Shown here: in pieces, positions 1 through 7,741 of the stretch
How the letters are laid out: the number at the start of each line of letters is the position of its first letter
How positions within the stretch are numbered: position 1 is the stretch's first letter
DNA from: Burkholderiaceae bacterium
Lineage (GTDB): Bacteria > Pseudomonadota > Gammaproteobacteria > Burkholderiales > Burkholderiaceae_C
Reading direction: 5' to 3'
DNA length: 64,000 bases
Assembly: GCA_014879745.1 (NCBI GenBank)
Contig: JACSRM010000436.1
Span: 11,577-75,576 of the forward strand
The notes under the pieces: generated by a model
The model's input: the letters and a program-made list of their open reading frames with translations, nothing else
What the model was told of the DNA's origin: nothing
Databases searched by the model: none
Program-made: the position numbers and the translations under genes

Positions 1-85
1 GCCGCATGCGCGCCGGTGACGGCCGCCCGTTCAGTGGCGCCGCCGAGGCTTGGCGAAGGATGTCGAAGCCGCGGGCGACAGGCAT
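1..85 (-). CDS. hypothetical protein, first 28 codons only (gene continues beyond the left edge)
   Basis: ATG at 85..83 lies only 5 nt after the stop of the upstream minus-strand gene. Third codon positions are G/C-rich (MPVARGFDILRQASAAPLNGRPSPARMR). Too short for a family call. Confidence 0.25.
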   Translation of the reverse strand, partial: MPVARGFDILRQASAAPLNGRPSPARMR

Positions 86-90
86 GTCCT

Positions 91-1368
91 TCAGCCAGCG
101 TATCTGCGCGCGGCGTCGAACATCGTGCGCACGTTCTCCACAGGCGTCTCGTCGGGAATTCCGAAGGCCGTGTCGAGGATCAGACTGCCGCCCTTGTTCC
201 ACACGTTATCGACCAGGTGCTTGACCGCGGCATCGACTTCCTGAGGCGTGCCGGTCGTCATCATTGACGGAGAAAGGTTGCCTCGCAGCGCCACGCGGTC
301 GCCGAGCACCTCGAATGCTTTGACGATGTCGGTGCGTTCGAACCAGTAAATGCACTTGCCGGCCGGAATATCCTTGATGACGTCCAATCGTTTCGTGCAG
401 TCAGACTCCCAAAGAGGCATGGGGATCAAGTCAGCATCGATCAAGTCAAGCAGCATCTGGCGAAATGACGGCCACCAAAATGTCTCGAACTGCTTGGGCG
501 ACATGAACGCATCAGGCGCCCAGTGAATTGGAATGAAGACGACGGGGTTGCCGGAAGCTTTGGCGTTCGCGATCGACATACGAACGAGGTTGCGACGCAT
601 CATGTCGAGCACGTCATGCAGCTGGTCCTTGTGCCGAAACAAATCCTTCATCATCCCCGTGGCACCGCGGAAGTAGTCCGCGATCACGTCGTACGGCGCC
701 CCTGTGTTGCTGCCGCCGAGTATCGGAAATCCCAGGCTGTTTGCGCGCTGATTCCACTGACCGGCACGTGTCATGTACCGATCCACTTCGTCGGCAGCAT
801 CGAGCACCCGGCGCAACGCATCCCGAACTTTCGGGCGCGCCAGCGGCCGCAACGCGGTGATGGCCCGAAAGTAGAAAGCTCCCGGGAGTTCCGGGAACTC
901 CTCAAAGCCGTCGAAGGCGCCGAAAATGCGTGGCAGATAGCTTCTCAGGTAGAACCCCGTGGGGTCGCGTAGCAGATCTTGCAGTTCTTCCGCGCTGACG
1001 TACTCACGGTCCAGATACTGGTAGGGCTGGTGATCGCCAACACCGTGTCCTGGCCATTGAAGTTGCTTGTAGTCGACGGCTTCGAGGACTCTGCCGAGAG
1101 CGCTTCCCGCGAACATCGGCGACACTCCATCGGGTTCGAACTCCAGTACCGCGCGCTCGGCGATCTGTGCGGTCTGCTCATAGTCGTACATCAACTCGCG
1201 CTTCGAAACGCCGCCGTACTTCGAGAGCCAGAAGGTGGCATACATCGCCACCGGCATGCGATCCGGTTGCTGCAACCTTACGCAATCCATGAGGCGTTGC
1301 CAGCGCGCGTCATAAGCGGCCTCTGCCTCGATTGGTGGCGGCGTGGAACTAGCGTTAACGGTTGACAT
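91..1368 (-). CDS. URO-D (uroporphyrinogen decarboxylase) superfamily protein, candidate MtaA/CmuA-like corrinoid methyltransferase
   Basis: Track ORF is 91..1401. I prefer ATG 1368 (MSTVNASS...) because AGGAG sits 5 nt upstream. About 425 aa. Length and C-terminal ...LILDTAFGIPDETPVENV... are typical of URO-D-fold methyltransferases. It lies directly downstream of a B12-binding protein gene. Confidence 0.75.
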   Translation of the reverse strand: MSTVNASSTPPPIEAEAAYDARWQRLMDCVRLQQPDRMPVAMYATFWLSKYGGVSKRELMYDYEQTAQIAERAVLEFEPDGVSPMFAGSALGRVLEAVDYKQLQWPGHGVGDHQPYQYLDREYVSAEELQDLLRDPTGFYLRSYLPRIFGAFDGFEEFPELPGAFYFRAITALRPLARPKVRDALRRVLDAADEVDRYMTRAGQWNQRANSLGFPILGGSNTGAPYDVIADYFRGATGMMKDLFRHKDQLHDVLDMMRRNLVRMSIANAKASGNPVVFIPIHWAPDAFMSPKQFETFWWPSFRQMLLDLIDADLIPMPLWESDCTKRLDVIKDIPAGKCIYWFERTDIVKAFEVLGDRVALRGNLSPSMMTTGTPQEVDAAVKHLVDNVWNKGGSLILDTAFGIPDETPVENVRTMFDAARRYAG

Positions 1369-1600
1369 ACGCACTCCTGTCTGGCGTTCCAAAGCAACCA
1401 TTGCATCGGTCGATTCAGGTCACATGACGAGATCGTCGACATCTTCACTTCGCAATGCCGCACGCTGCCGCGTTTGGCACGCCAGAAGCCTGCGCGCAGT
1501 TCCACCGGCAAGCTGTCAGCACGCATGCGGCATCACACCATCGACGATGCCTCGTCAGCTTTCGCAATTTGCCGTTCTGGCCAAGGGCGTCCGAGTGACT

Positions 1601-2263
1601 TCACGGAGTGACCACGGACCATTGTTTGCAAAGCTTGACAGCTTCGACGGCATTGACACCGAACGCGTCAGCACCCGTGTAGGCACGCACCGTCTCGTCG
1701 ATCTGGCCACCACCGATCATCACTTTGAACCGATTGCGCATTCCGGCACCTTCGAAAGCTTCAATCGTTTCCTTCATCGAATCGAACGCCAGCGTCAGGA
1801 AGCCAGACAAACCCACCACGTCAGGCTTGAACTCGTTAATCGATTCGATGAAGGTCTGAGAAGGAACGTCGATGCCGACGTCCTTCACTTCAAAGCCGTT
1901 GATGTCGAGCATGAAGCTGACAATGTTCTTGCCGATGTCGTGAAGGTCGCCATGCACTGTGCCGATGAGCACTTTGCCCAGCGACTTCTTGGCCTCGCCA
2001 GGCGAAGACTTGATGAGCGGCTTGGCGATGGCTCCTATCGTTTCGAGCATTTCGCCTGCCAGCACAAGCTCTGGCAGAAAGTACTCACCCTCCTCGAAGC
2101 GCTTGCCGACGATGTCCATCGAGGCGCGACACAACTCCAGGACGCGCACCGGATCCCTGCCGTCCTCGAGCAGCATCCGCTTGGCCAGCCGCAGCGCGTC
2201 GTCCTCGTTCATGTCGGCCAGCCACGCCACCAGTTGCTTCTCTTCTTCATTCATCGGATTCAT
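1601..2263 (-). CDS. cobalamin-binding corrinoid protein (B12-binding domain with N-terminal helical cap)
   Basis: 220 aa. Intact DxHxxG cobalamin-ligand motif (GDLHDIGKN) followed by ...VGLSGFLT... and ...MIGGG..., the classical B12-binding Rossmann pattern. Confidence 0.85.
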   Translation of the reverse strand: MNPMNEEEKQLVAWLADMNEDDALRLAKRMLLEDGRDPVRVLELCRASMDIVGKRFEEGEYFLPELVLAGEMLETIGAIAKPLIKSSPGEAKKSLGKVLIGTVHGDLHDIGKNIVSFMLDINGFEVKDVGIDVPSQTFIESINEFKPDVVGLSGFLTLAFDSMKETIEAFEGAGMRNRFKVMIGGGQIDETVRAYTGADAFGVNAVEAVKLCKQWSVVTP

Positions 2264-2330
2264 TGCTCGCCTCTTTCGATGCAGGATTCGGAGTCGGTTG
2301 CTCGATCGCGTCTAGGGCAATTCGCCGTAC

Positions 2331-2363
2331 TGTTTGGAACTCCAGCGTGTGCCGGTCCAAACA
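2331..2363. promoter_or_regulatory. inverted repeat TGTTTGGA-N17-TCCAAACA upstream of the corrinoid protein gene
   Basis: 8-bp perfect arms read directly at 2331..2338 and 2356..2363, about 70-100 nt upstream of start 2263 on the minus strand. Function unknown: operator, or terminator of the upstream binding-protein gene. Confidence 0.3.
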
Positions 2364-2529
2364 CCTCCTGCGGGATCGACGGCACGCAATCGCTTTGCCT
2401 TCGTGCCTGACTTGAAGCATTCTTGGGCGTGGATTTCTGCAACGACTCTCAGTTCCGACCGTTCGTGCAGGAGAACGTCGCGCAGGGCCCACTGGTCGAA
2501 CTGCAGTGCTTCGCCGTATCCGCCGCCCG

Positions 2530-3729
2530 TCACTTCACTTCGGGCTGCAGTTCCCACTTGCCGTCCACGATCTTCACCAGTACCTGGCTGCGCGCGTCAA
2601 CGCCGTTGTGATCTGTGGGGCTCATGTTGTAGACACCTTCCGCGCCTACGAAGTCGTGCAGGTTCTCCAGGGCATCGCGCAGCGCCGAGCGAAACTCGGG
2701 CGTCCCCGGCTTCGCCTTTTTCTTTGCCTCGCGTGCTGCACCCTCGACGATCAGCATCGCGTCCCATGCCGTCGCTCCGAACAGGGAGAGTGTGCCGGCG
2801 CCGTACTTGGCCTGGTAGCGTTGCGCGTAGTCGAGCGCAGGCTTGCGGATCGGGTTGCTGGCCGGCAGTTGCTCGGCCACCAAGGCTGGTGCGACGGTCA
2901 TGAAGCTGCCGTCAAGTGACTTGCCTCCCACGCGCAAGTAGTCGTTGTTGGCCACACCCTGCGTCTGATAAACGAGACCCTTGTAGCCTCGCCTGGCCAA
3001 CTCGATCTGCGGCAGCGCGCCTGGGGTGCCAGAGGCGAAGATGTATACGCCGTCTGGATTGGACGCCATTGCCTTCAGCACCTGCGCGGTCACGCTCTGG
3101 TCGGTTGGGTTGTAACTTTCGGTGGCCGTAACCGTCACACCACGCTGCTTTGCGATGGCCTCGAACGACTTCAGGAAGCCATCGCCGTAGCTTGTGGCAA
3201 AGCCGATGGTTGCCATCGTCTTGCCCTTTTGCGCGAGGAAGTGGTCGAGCACACGGTTGATCGAGATGGCTTCAGTCGGCGACAGCTTGAACGCCCAAGT
3301 ACGCACTCCCGTCTGCGGCAGGACAATGGAGCCGCCGCCAGCCAGCGAAACCATCGGTACTTTGGCGCTGCCGGCCACCTCCAGCGCCGCCATCGAGGTG
3401 GGAGTTACCGAGGGCCCAATGATTACATCGACGTTGTTCTCGGTGATGAGCTTGCTCGCGTTCTTTACGGCGCCGGTCGTGTCGCTTCCATCATTGAGAA
3501 TGATGAAGTTGACCTTTTCGCCCGCCATCTCGGCAGGCCACATCCGGACTGTTTGCTCCTCAGGGATGCCCAGCGAGGCAGCGGGTCCCGTGGTGGACAG
3601 GATGACGCCGACATTGATATCGGCCTGCGCGGCAGCCGATACCGTACAAAGAGCAATCACACAGGTCAGCGACGCCGCCGTTTTGCGAACGCTGGCATGA
3701 GTATGGGCAAGCACTTTGATGAATGCCAT
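2530..3729 (-). CDS. ABC transporter substrate-binding protein, LivK/branched-chain-amino-acid-binding family
   Basis: Track ORF is 2530..3762. Start moved to ATG 3729 (MAFIKVLAH...), with GGAGA 8 nt upstream. Signal-peptide-like N-terminus (...TVSAAAQA/DINVGVILSTTGPAASLG) and a type I periplasmic binding protein pattern. Confidence 0.85.
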   Translation of the reverse strand: MAFIKVLAHTHASVRKTAASLTCVIALCTVSAAAQADINVGVILSTTGPAASLGIPEEQTVRMWPAEMAGEKVNFIILNDGSDTTGAVKNASKLITENNVDVIIGPSVTPTSMAALEVAGSAKVPMVSLAGGGSIVLPQTGVRTWAFKLSPTEAISINRVLDHFLAQKGKTMATIGFATSYGDGFLKSFEAIAKQRGVTVTATESYNPTDQSVTAQVLKAMASNPDGVYIFASGTPGALPQIELARRGYKGLVYQTQGVANNDYLRVGGKSLDGSFMTVAPALVAEQLPASNPIRKPALDYAQRYQAKYGAGTLSLFGATAWDAMLIVEGAAREAKKKAKPGTPEFRSALRDALENLHDFVGAEGVYNMSPTDHNGVDARSQVLVKIVDGKWELQPEVK

Positions 3730-3825
3730 TTGCGTTGTCTCCTGGAGGATTCCACAAATCACGACCGGGAAACTCCGGCGTGCCGATCTTGCCGCGCTAG
3801 TCTATGCTAGGCATTTGATGGCGCG

Positions 3826-3845
3826 TGTCCTCCCTGTAGAGGACA
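3826..3845 (+). promoter_or_regulatory. palindromic box TGTCCTC-N6-GAGGACA (copy 1 of 3), upstream of the LuxR gene
   Basis: Read directly: GTCCTC 3827..3832, spacer cctgta, GAGGAC 3839..3844, followed by AGATA. 38 nt before ATG 3883. Confidence 0.6.
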
Positions 3846-3882
3846 GATAGCAACCCGAAACCACAGGCTTGCCCGCAGCACC

Positions 3883-4665
3883 ATGGAAATCCGACTGCTC
3901 CAGTCGACCGTTCCGGCAGGCGTCATGTCCATCGACGCGACGCTGGCGATCGCGGGGCTGATCGGCAATATTGGCAGCCCGTGCTTCGGCCAACGCGGCA
4001 TCGAGCAGCTTGACCGGCTGCTGCCGCTAGGCTGGTGGACTGCGTTCCGCATATTCGACGATGCCCCGCCGCAGCTACTTGTCGGCGGCCACCTGCATGC
4101 AAACGACTGCGTCGCGGACGCCTTCGGCGCCTACCGCGGTGGCCTGTACCGCAGCGATCGCATTTTTGAGCAAGTGCGCGACCGCGTGCGTAACGGCTCG
4201 GCAGTGATGACCTACCTGCGAGCCAGCGAGATGGAGCGCGCCCATCGTCAGCGCATCTACGCGCCCCACGGAATGTCCGAGCGGCTGTCGCTGCTGCGGG
4301 TTGACGAAGCCGGCGGCATGCTCAGCCTCAACCTGTACCGGCACGTCGACCAGCCGTTCATAGATGATGACGAACGCGACCTCCTCCAGCAGATCGGTCC
4401 GCTGCTGCTCGCCTGCGTGTCTCGTCATTTGGCGCTGGCGCCTTCCAGCGCCGCCGAGAGGGTCCTTGGCGCGCTGCCTCGGCGCGAACGCGAGGTGTGC
4501 GAGCGCCTGTTGCGTGGATGGACACACGAGGGTATCGCCGCCGACTTGAAGCTCGCGCCAACCACGATCAAGACCTATCGTGATCGCGCATTCGATCGAC
4601 TGGGCATACATCACCGCAACGAGTTGTTTGCATTGGTGATGAAGGGCGCGTATGCGCATAGCTGA
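3883..4665 (+). CDS. LuxR/FixJ-family transcriptional regulator with N-terminal sensor-like domain of unknown family
   Basis: C-terminal HTH ...REREVCERLLRGWTHEGIAADLKLAPTTIKTYRDRAFDRLGIHHRNELF.... An alternative start at M15 (3925) is possible. Confidence 0.8.
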   Translation: MEIRLLQSTVPAGVMSIDATLAIAGLIGNIGSPCFGQRGIEQLDRLLPLGWWTAFRIFDDAPPQLLVGGHLHANDCVADAFGAYRGGLYRSDRIFEQVRDRVRNGSAVMTYLRASEMERAHRQRIYAPHGMSERLSLLRVDEAGGMLSLNLYRHVDQPFIDDDERDLLQQIGPLLLACVSRHLALAPSSAAERVLGALPRREREVCERLLRGWTHEGIAADLKLAPTTIKTYRDRAFDRLGIHHRNELFALVMKGAYAHS

Positions 4666-4684
4666 GTTGGGCGACGCCACATGA

Positions 4685-4702
4685 GTCCTCGGTAGGGAGG
4701 AC
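4685..4702 (+). promoter_or_regulatory. palindromic box GTCCTC-N6-GAGGAC (copy 2 of 3), upstream of the PhyH gene
   Basis: GTCCTC 4685..4690, spacer ggtagg, GAGGAC 4697..4702, then AGACA. A -10-like TATTCT at 4725..4730 lies exactly 22 nt after the box. Confidence 0.6.
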
Positions 4703-4800
4703 AGACAAGCGACGCTTTCGCGCCTATTCTTTGTCAGTGTCGGAAAGTCACAGAGGCGCAGAAGCCCGAGACCGGCATCCTAAATCCTGGGAGATAGGCC

Positions 4801-5661
4801 ATGCACTCCACCACAATCTCCTTCGCCCCGCCCATCATCGACGACGCCTTGCGCGCCAGCTACGAGCGTGATGGCGTCGTCATCCTGCGCCAAGCGATTT
4901 CGCCCGACTGGGTCGAGCGCATGAACCGATTCGCCCAAGCGCAACTTGATGCGCCCAGCCGCTGGGTCAACGACCAACCCGAGTCCTCAGGCACGGGCGG
5001 GCGCCTGTTCACAGACCGCTACCTGTGGCGCACCCATGTCGATGTACGCGCGTTTGCGTTCGAGTCAGGCGTTGCCGGGCTGGTGGGACAACTAATGGGC
5101 AGCCGGACCGCGCGCCTGTACTTCGACCACCTTTTGATCAAAGAGCCGCGCACGCTGGCGCCCACGCCCTGGCACCAGGACGCGCCCTACTGGCCCTTTC
5201 GGGGGCGCCAGATCGCCTCGGCCTGGGTAGCCATGACGGATGCCACTTTGGAGGGCAGCGCGATGGAGTTCGTTCGCGGTTCCCATGCCGATGGGCGTGT
5301 TTACCACCCCGAGGTGTTTGGCAGCGCCGAAAAGAGTGCCAGCGCCACTTGGCAGACCAGAGGTGATGCCGAGCGCGTGCCCGATATCGAAGCCAACCGC
5401 AGCGCATTCGACATCACCGGCTGGGACATGCGCGCGGGCGACGCTGTGGTGTTTTCTGCCTGGGTGCTGCACGGGGCGCGTGGCAATGCCTCGGCCGCGC
5501 AACGGCGTGTGGCGCTATCCACCCGCTGGTTGGGCGACGACGCGGTGTGGGCGCCGACGGAGGGCACCGACCCGACCGTGACACAGGCTGATGTGTGCGT
5601 GGCGCCGGGCATGCCGCCACACGACGATGACCGCTTCCCGCTAGTCTGGCAAGCGAACTGA
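4801..5661 (+). CDS. phytanoyl-CoA dioxygenase (PhyH) family Fe(II)/2-oxoglutarate-dependent oxygenase
   Basis: 286 aa. WHQDAPYWPF motif and later ...SHADG.../...VLHGA... His pattern typical of the PhyH family. GGGAGA 6 nt before the ATG. Confidence 0.8.
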   Translation: MHSTTISFAPPIIDDALRASYERDGVVILRQAISPDWVERMNRFAQAQLDAPSRWVNDQPESSGTGGRLFTDRYLWRTHVDVRAFAFESGVAGLVGQLMGSRTARLYFDHLLIKEPRTLAPTPWHQDAPYWPFRGRQIASAWVAMTDATLEGSAMEFVRGSHADGRVYHPEVFGSAEKSASATWQTRGDAERVPDIEANRSAFDITGWDMRAGDAVVFSAWVLHGARGNASAAQRRVALSTRWLGDDAVWAPTEGTDPTVTQADVCVAPGMPPHDDDRFPLVWQAN

Positions 5662-5797
5662 CTTGCGTTTGCCGGCTTGCCTGCCTGGGGGACCGATCAT
5701 TGGTGCGCCGATTCCGATGCAGGCGCAGGCTGGCCCGGGCGCGGTGGTCGGATGAACGTCGCCGCTGCGCACATCTGAGCTGGGCCACGCCGCATGA

Positions 5798-5815
5798 GTC
5801 CTCGATCGGGAGGAC
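5798..5815 (+). promoter_or_regulatory. palindromic box GTCCTC-N6-GAGGAC (copy 3 of 3), upstream of the Rieske oxygenase gene
   Basis: GTCCTC 5798..5803, spacer gatcgg, GAGGAC 5810..5815, then AGACA. A -10-like TATCCT at 5838..5843 again lies exactly 22 nt after the box. The left flank CGCATGA is shared with copy 2 (CACATGA). Confidence 0.6.
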
Positions 5816-5875
5816 AGACATCGGAGTAGACAGACCCTATCCTCAGGGAATCGATTTCTTGAGTCTGGATTCGCC

Positions 5876-6940
5876 ATGTTCGTCCGCAACTGCTGGTACG
5901 TCATCGCCTGGGACCATGAAGTTCCCGCAGATGGCTTGTTCACTCGCACCGTCCTCAATGAGGCGATCTTGTTGTATCGCACGCACGACGAACGAATAGT
6001 TGCGTTGCGCGACCGTTGCTGCCACCGTCTCGCACCACTGTCCAAAGGCCGCAAGGAGAACGACTGCGTGCGCTGCGGCTACCATGGTCTGCTGTTCGAC
6101 GCCGAGGGCCGCTGCATCGAGATTCCGGGAGCCGACACTGTCCCGCCGAAGGCGCGGGTGCAGACCTACCCCATCTCGGTGAAGAACAAGTGGGTGTTCG
6201 TGTGGATGGGCGAACCCGGCAAGGCCGATCCCGCACTGCTGCCCGACAACTTCTCGTGCGACGACCCCGAGTGGGAGTACATCCCGGGCTATCTTCATTA
6301 CGACACACCGCAGCCGCTGGTATGCGACAACCTTCTCGATTTCTCGCACCTAAGCTACGTGCATGAGAAGACGCTCGGCGGATCCACGGCAATCGCGCAG
6401 GCGCGCCCGATCATCGAGACCTTGCCGCGTGGCGTGCGTCTGACTCGGCGCATTCACAATGTGCCGGCACCGCCGTACTACCGTGCCTTGCGTGATTTCG
6501 ACGGCAACGTCGACCGCTGGTTCATCTACGACTTCGTGCTACCCGGCACCTTGCTCATGCACTCGGGAGGGCGCCCCATCGCAGATGCACCAGACGACAT
6601 GCGCCGCGCCGTGCGTCTCCACAGTTGCCAGACCGTCACCCCGGAGACTGACCGCTCCACCCACTACTTCTTCCAGCAGTCGCGTCGCACCGCGGACGGC
6701 GATCGTTCCACGACCGAAGCGTTGTTCAGGTCGCTGCTGACGGCCTTCGAAGAAGACCGCGCAATGATCACCGCACAAAGCGCAGCGATCGACGCCGACC
6801 CCGATGCACCAATGCTCCCGTTGGCACTGGATGCCGCAGTGGTACGGTTTCGCCGGCTGGTCGAACAGCTGGCCAGCGCCGAACGTGGCGAAACGCCCGA
6901 GAAGGCGGCAAAGGCGGTGCCCGCCACTGCAGCAAGCTGA
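5876..6940 (+). CDS. Rieske [2Fe-2S] non-haem-iron oxygenase, VanA (vanillate O-demethylase oxygenase)/phthalate-family-like
   Basis: 354 aa. Rieske motif CCHRLAPLS...CGYHG. Mononuclear iron motif NLLDFSHLSYVH. N-terminal MFVRNCWYV... is typical of VanA-type proteins. Confidence 0.85.
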   Translation: MFVRNCWYVIAWDHEVPADGLFTRTVLNEAILLYRTHDERIVALRDRCCHRLAPLSKGRKENDCVRCGYHGLLFDAEGRCIEIPGADTVPPKARVQTYPISVKNKWVFVWMGEPGKADPALLPDNFSCDDPEWEYIPGYLHYDTPQPLVCDNLLDFSHLSYVHEKTLGGSTAIAQARPIIETLPRGVRLTRRIHNVPAPPYYRALRDFDGNVDRWFIYDFVLPGTLLMHSGGRPIADAPDDMRRAVRLHSCQTVTPETDRSTHYFFQQSRRTADGDRSTTEALFRSLLTAFEEDRAMITAQSAAIDADPDAPMLPLALDAAVVRFRRLVEQLASAERGETPEKAAKAVPATAAS

Positions 6941-6949
6941 AGTCAGGTA

Positions 6950-6978
6950 CCACCGGCAAAGCCGGTGGCTTGTTTTGT
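6950..6978 (+). terminator. rho-independent terminator after the Rieske oxygenase gene
   Basis: CCACCGGC-aaa-GCCGGTGG stem-loop (6950..6968) followed by CTTGTTTTGT. A second hairpin, GCCCCT-caa-AGGGGC, lies at 6981..6995. Confidence 0.7.
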
Positions 6979-7139
6979 GAGCCCCTCAAAGGGGCCGGAA
7001 GTCAGCGCCTAAAGGTGCACCGCCGACGACGCTTTCATCTTCTCCCCGAGTCACTTCAAGTCCTCACCGAACCAGTCGCGAACACACGCGTCCAGCCGGC
7101 GGCAGGTCTCGGCGCGCGTCAACTTGGTTGTCGCCTCAT

Positions 7140-7741
7140 TCATGCAGCCAACGGCTGTTTATCGTCTGTCTTCGTGTGAGCCGCGACGACCGAGTCGCGT
7201 TCTGGGTTGAGGGTGACTGCGCCGATAGGCGTCCAATCGCGCGTGGTGCCGGACCAGCGCGCGGGGTGGCGCTCACGGGCCTGGACGTAGAGCTCGTGTC
7301 GAGCCGCCAGGATGGCCTGATCTGCGCCGCAATGACGCTGCCCAGGGGTGACGTAGCGGATGCCGCTGTGTCGGTGCTCATCGTTGTACCAACGCACGAA
7401 TTGAGCTCCCCAGGCGCGAGCGGCGTCCAGGTCGGCGAAGCCCTTGGCAGGGAACTCAGGGCGGTACTTGGCCGTGCGGAACAACGACTCCGCATAAGCG
7501 TTGCCGCGCGCCGGGGAGCGAATACGATGGCTTGACGCCCAGCCAGTACTGCATCCCCAGCGCCGTGGTGGCCTTCAGCGTGGCGCCGTTGTCGCCGTGC
7601 AGCACGGACTTGCTCAGCGTCGTGGCGATGCTTTCGGCCAGCGCCGTGCGGCGCACCAAGTGTGCCGCGTGCGCGCTGTCGTCCGTGGCGTGCACTTCCC
7701 AGCCGACGATCTTGCGGCTGTACAGGTCCAGGATCAGGGCG
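7140..7741 (-). pseudogene. IS3-family transposase OrfB (rve integrase core) fragment, 5'-truncated and frameshifted
   Basis: ...ALILDLYSRKIVGWEVH...HGDNGATLK...LGVKPSYS in one frame. After a 1-nt shift near 7505 it continues ...NAYAESLFRTAKYRPEFP...WYNDEHRHSGIRYVTPGQRH... (track ORF 7140..7484). Homology stops abruptly at 7741, where the IS256-family end begins. Confidence 0.8.

Noticed and set aside
1466-1486. Sigma-54-like element (plus strand TGGCAC-gccag-aaGC; minus strand TGGCGT-gccaa-acGC) in the spacer between the corrinoid and URO-D genes
   Set aside because: The good -24 half is on the wrong strand for the genes. The minus-strand version has weak -24 and -12 halves, and no enhancer-binding protein gene is in the window.
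2264-2529. Possible cobalamin riboswitch upstream of the corrinoid protein gene
   Set aside because: I looked on the minus strand for the B12-box (GCCACTG-like) and the GGGAA/GGTG core elements and found none. Only a simple 8-bp-arm inverted repeat is present. An Infernal scan would settle it.
7054-7143. 30-codon minus-strand ORF (MNEATTKLTRAETCRRLDACVRDWFGEDLK) just beyond the IS3 fragment
   Set aside because: It is too short, has no RBS or family signal, and could be IS terminal sequence.
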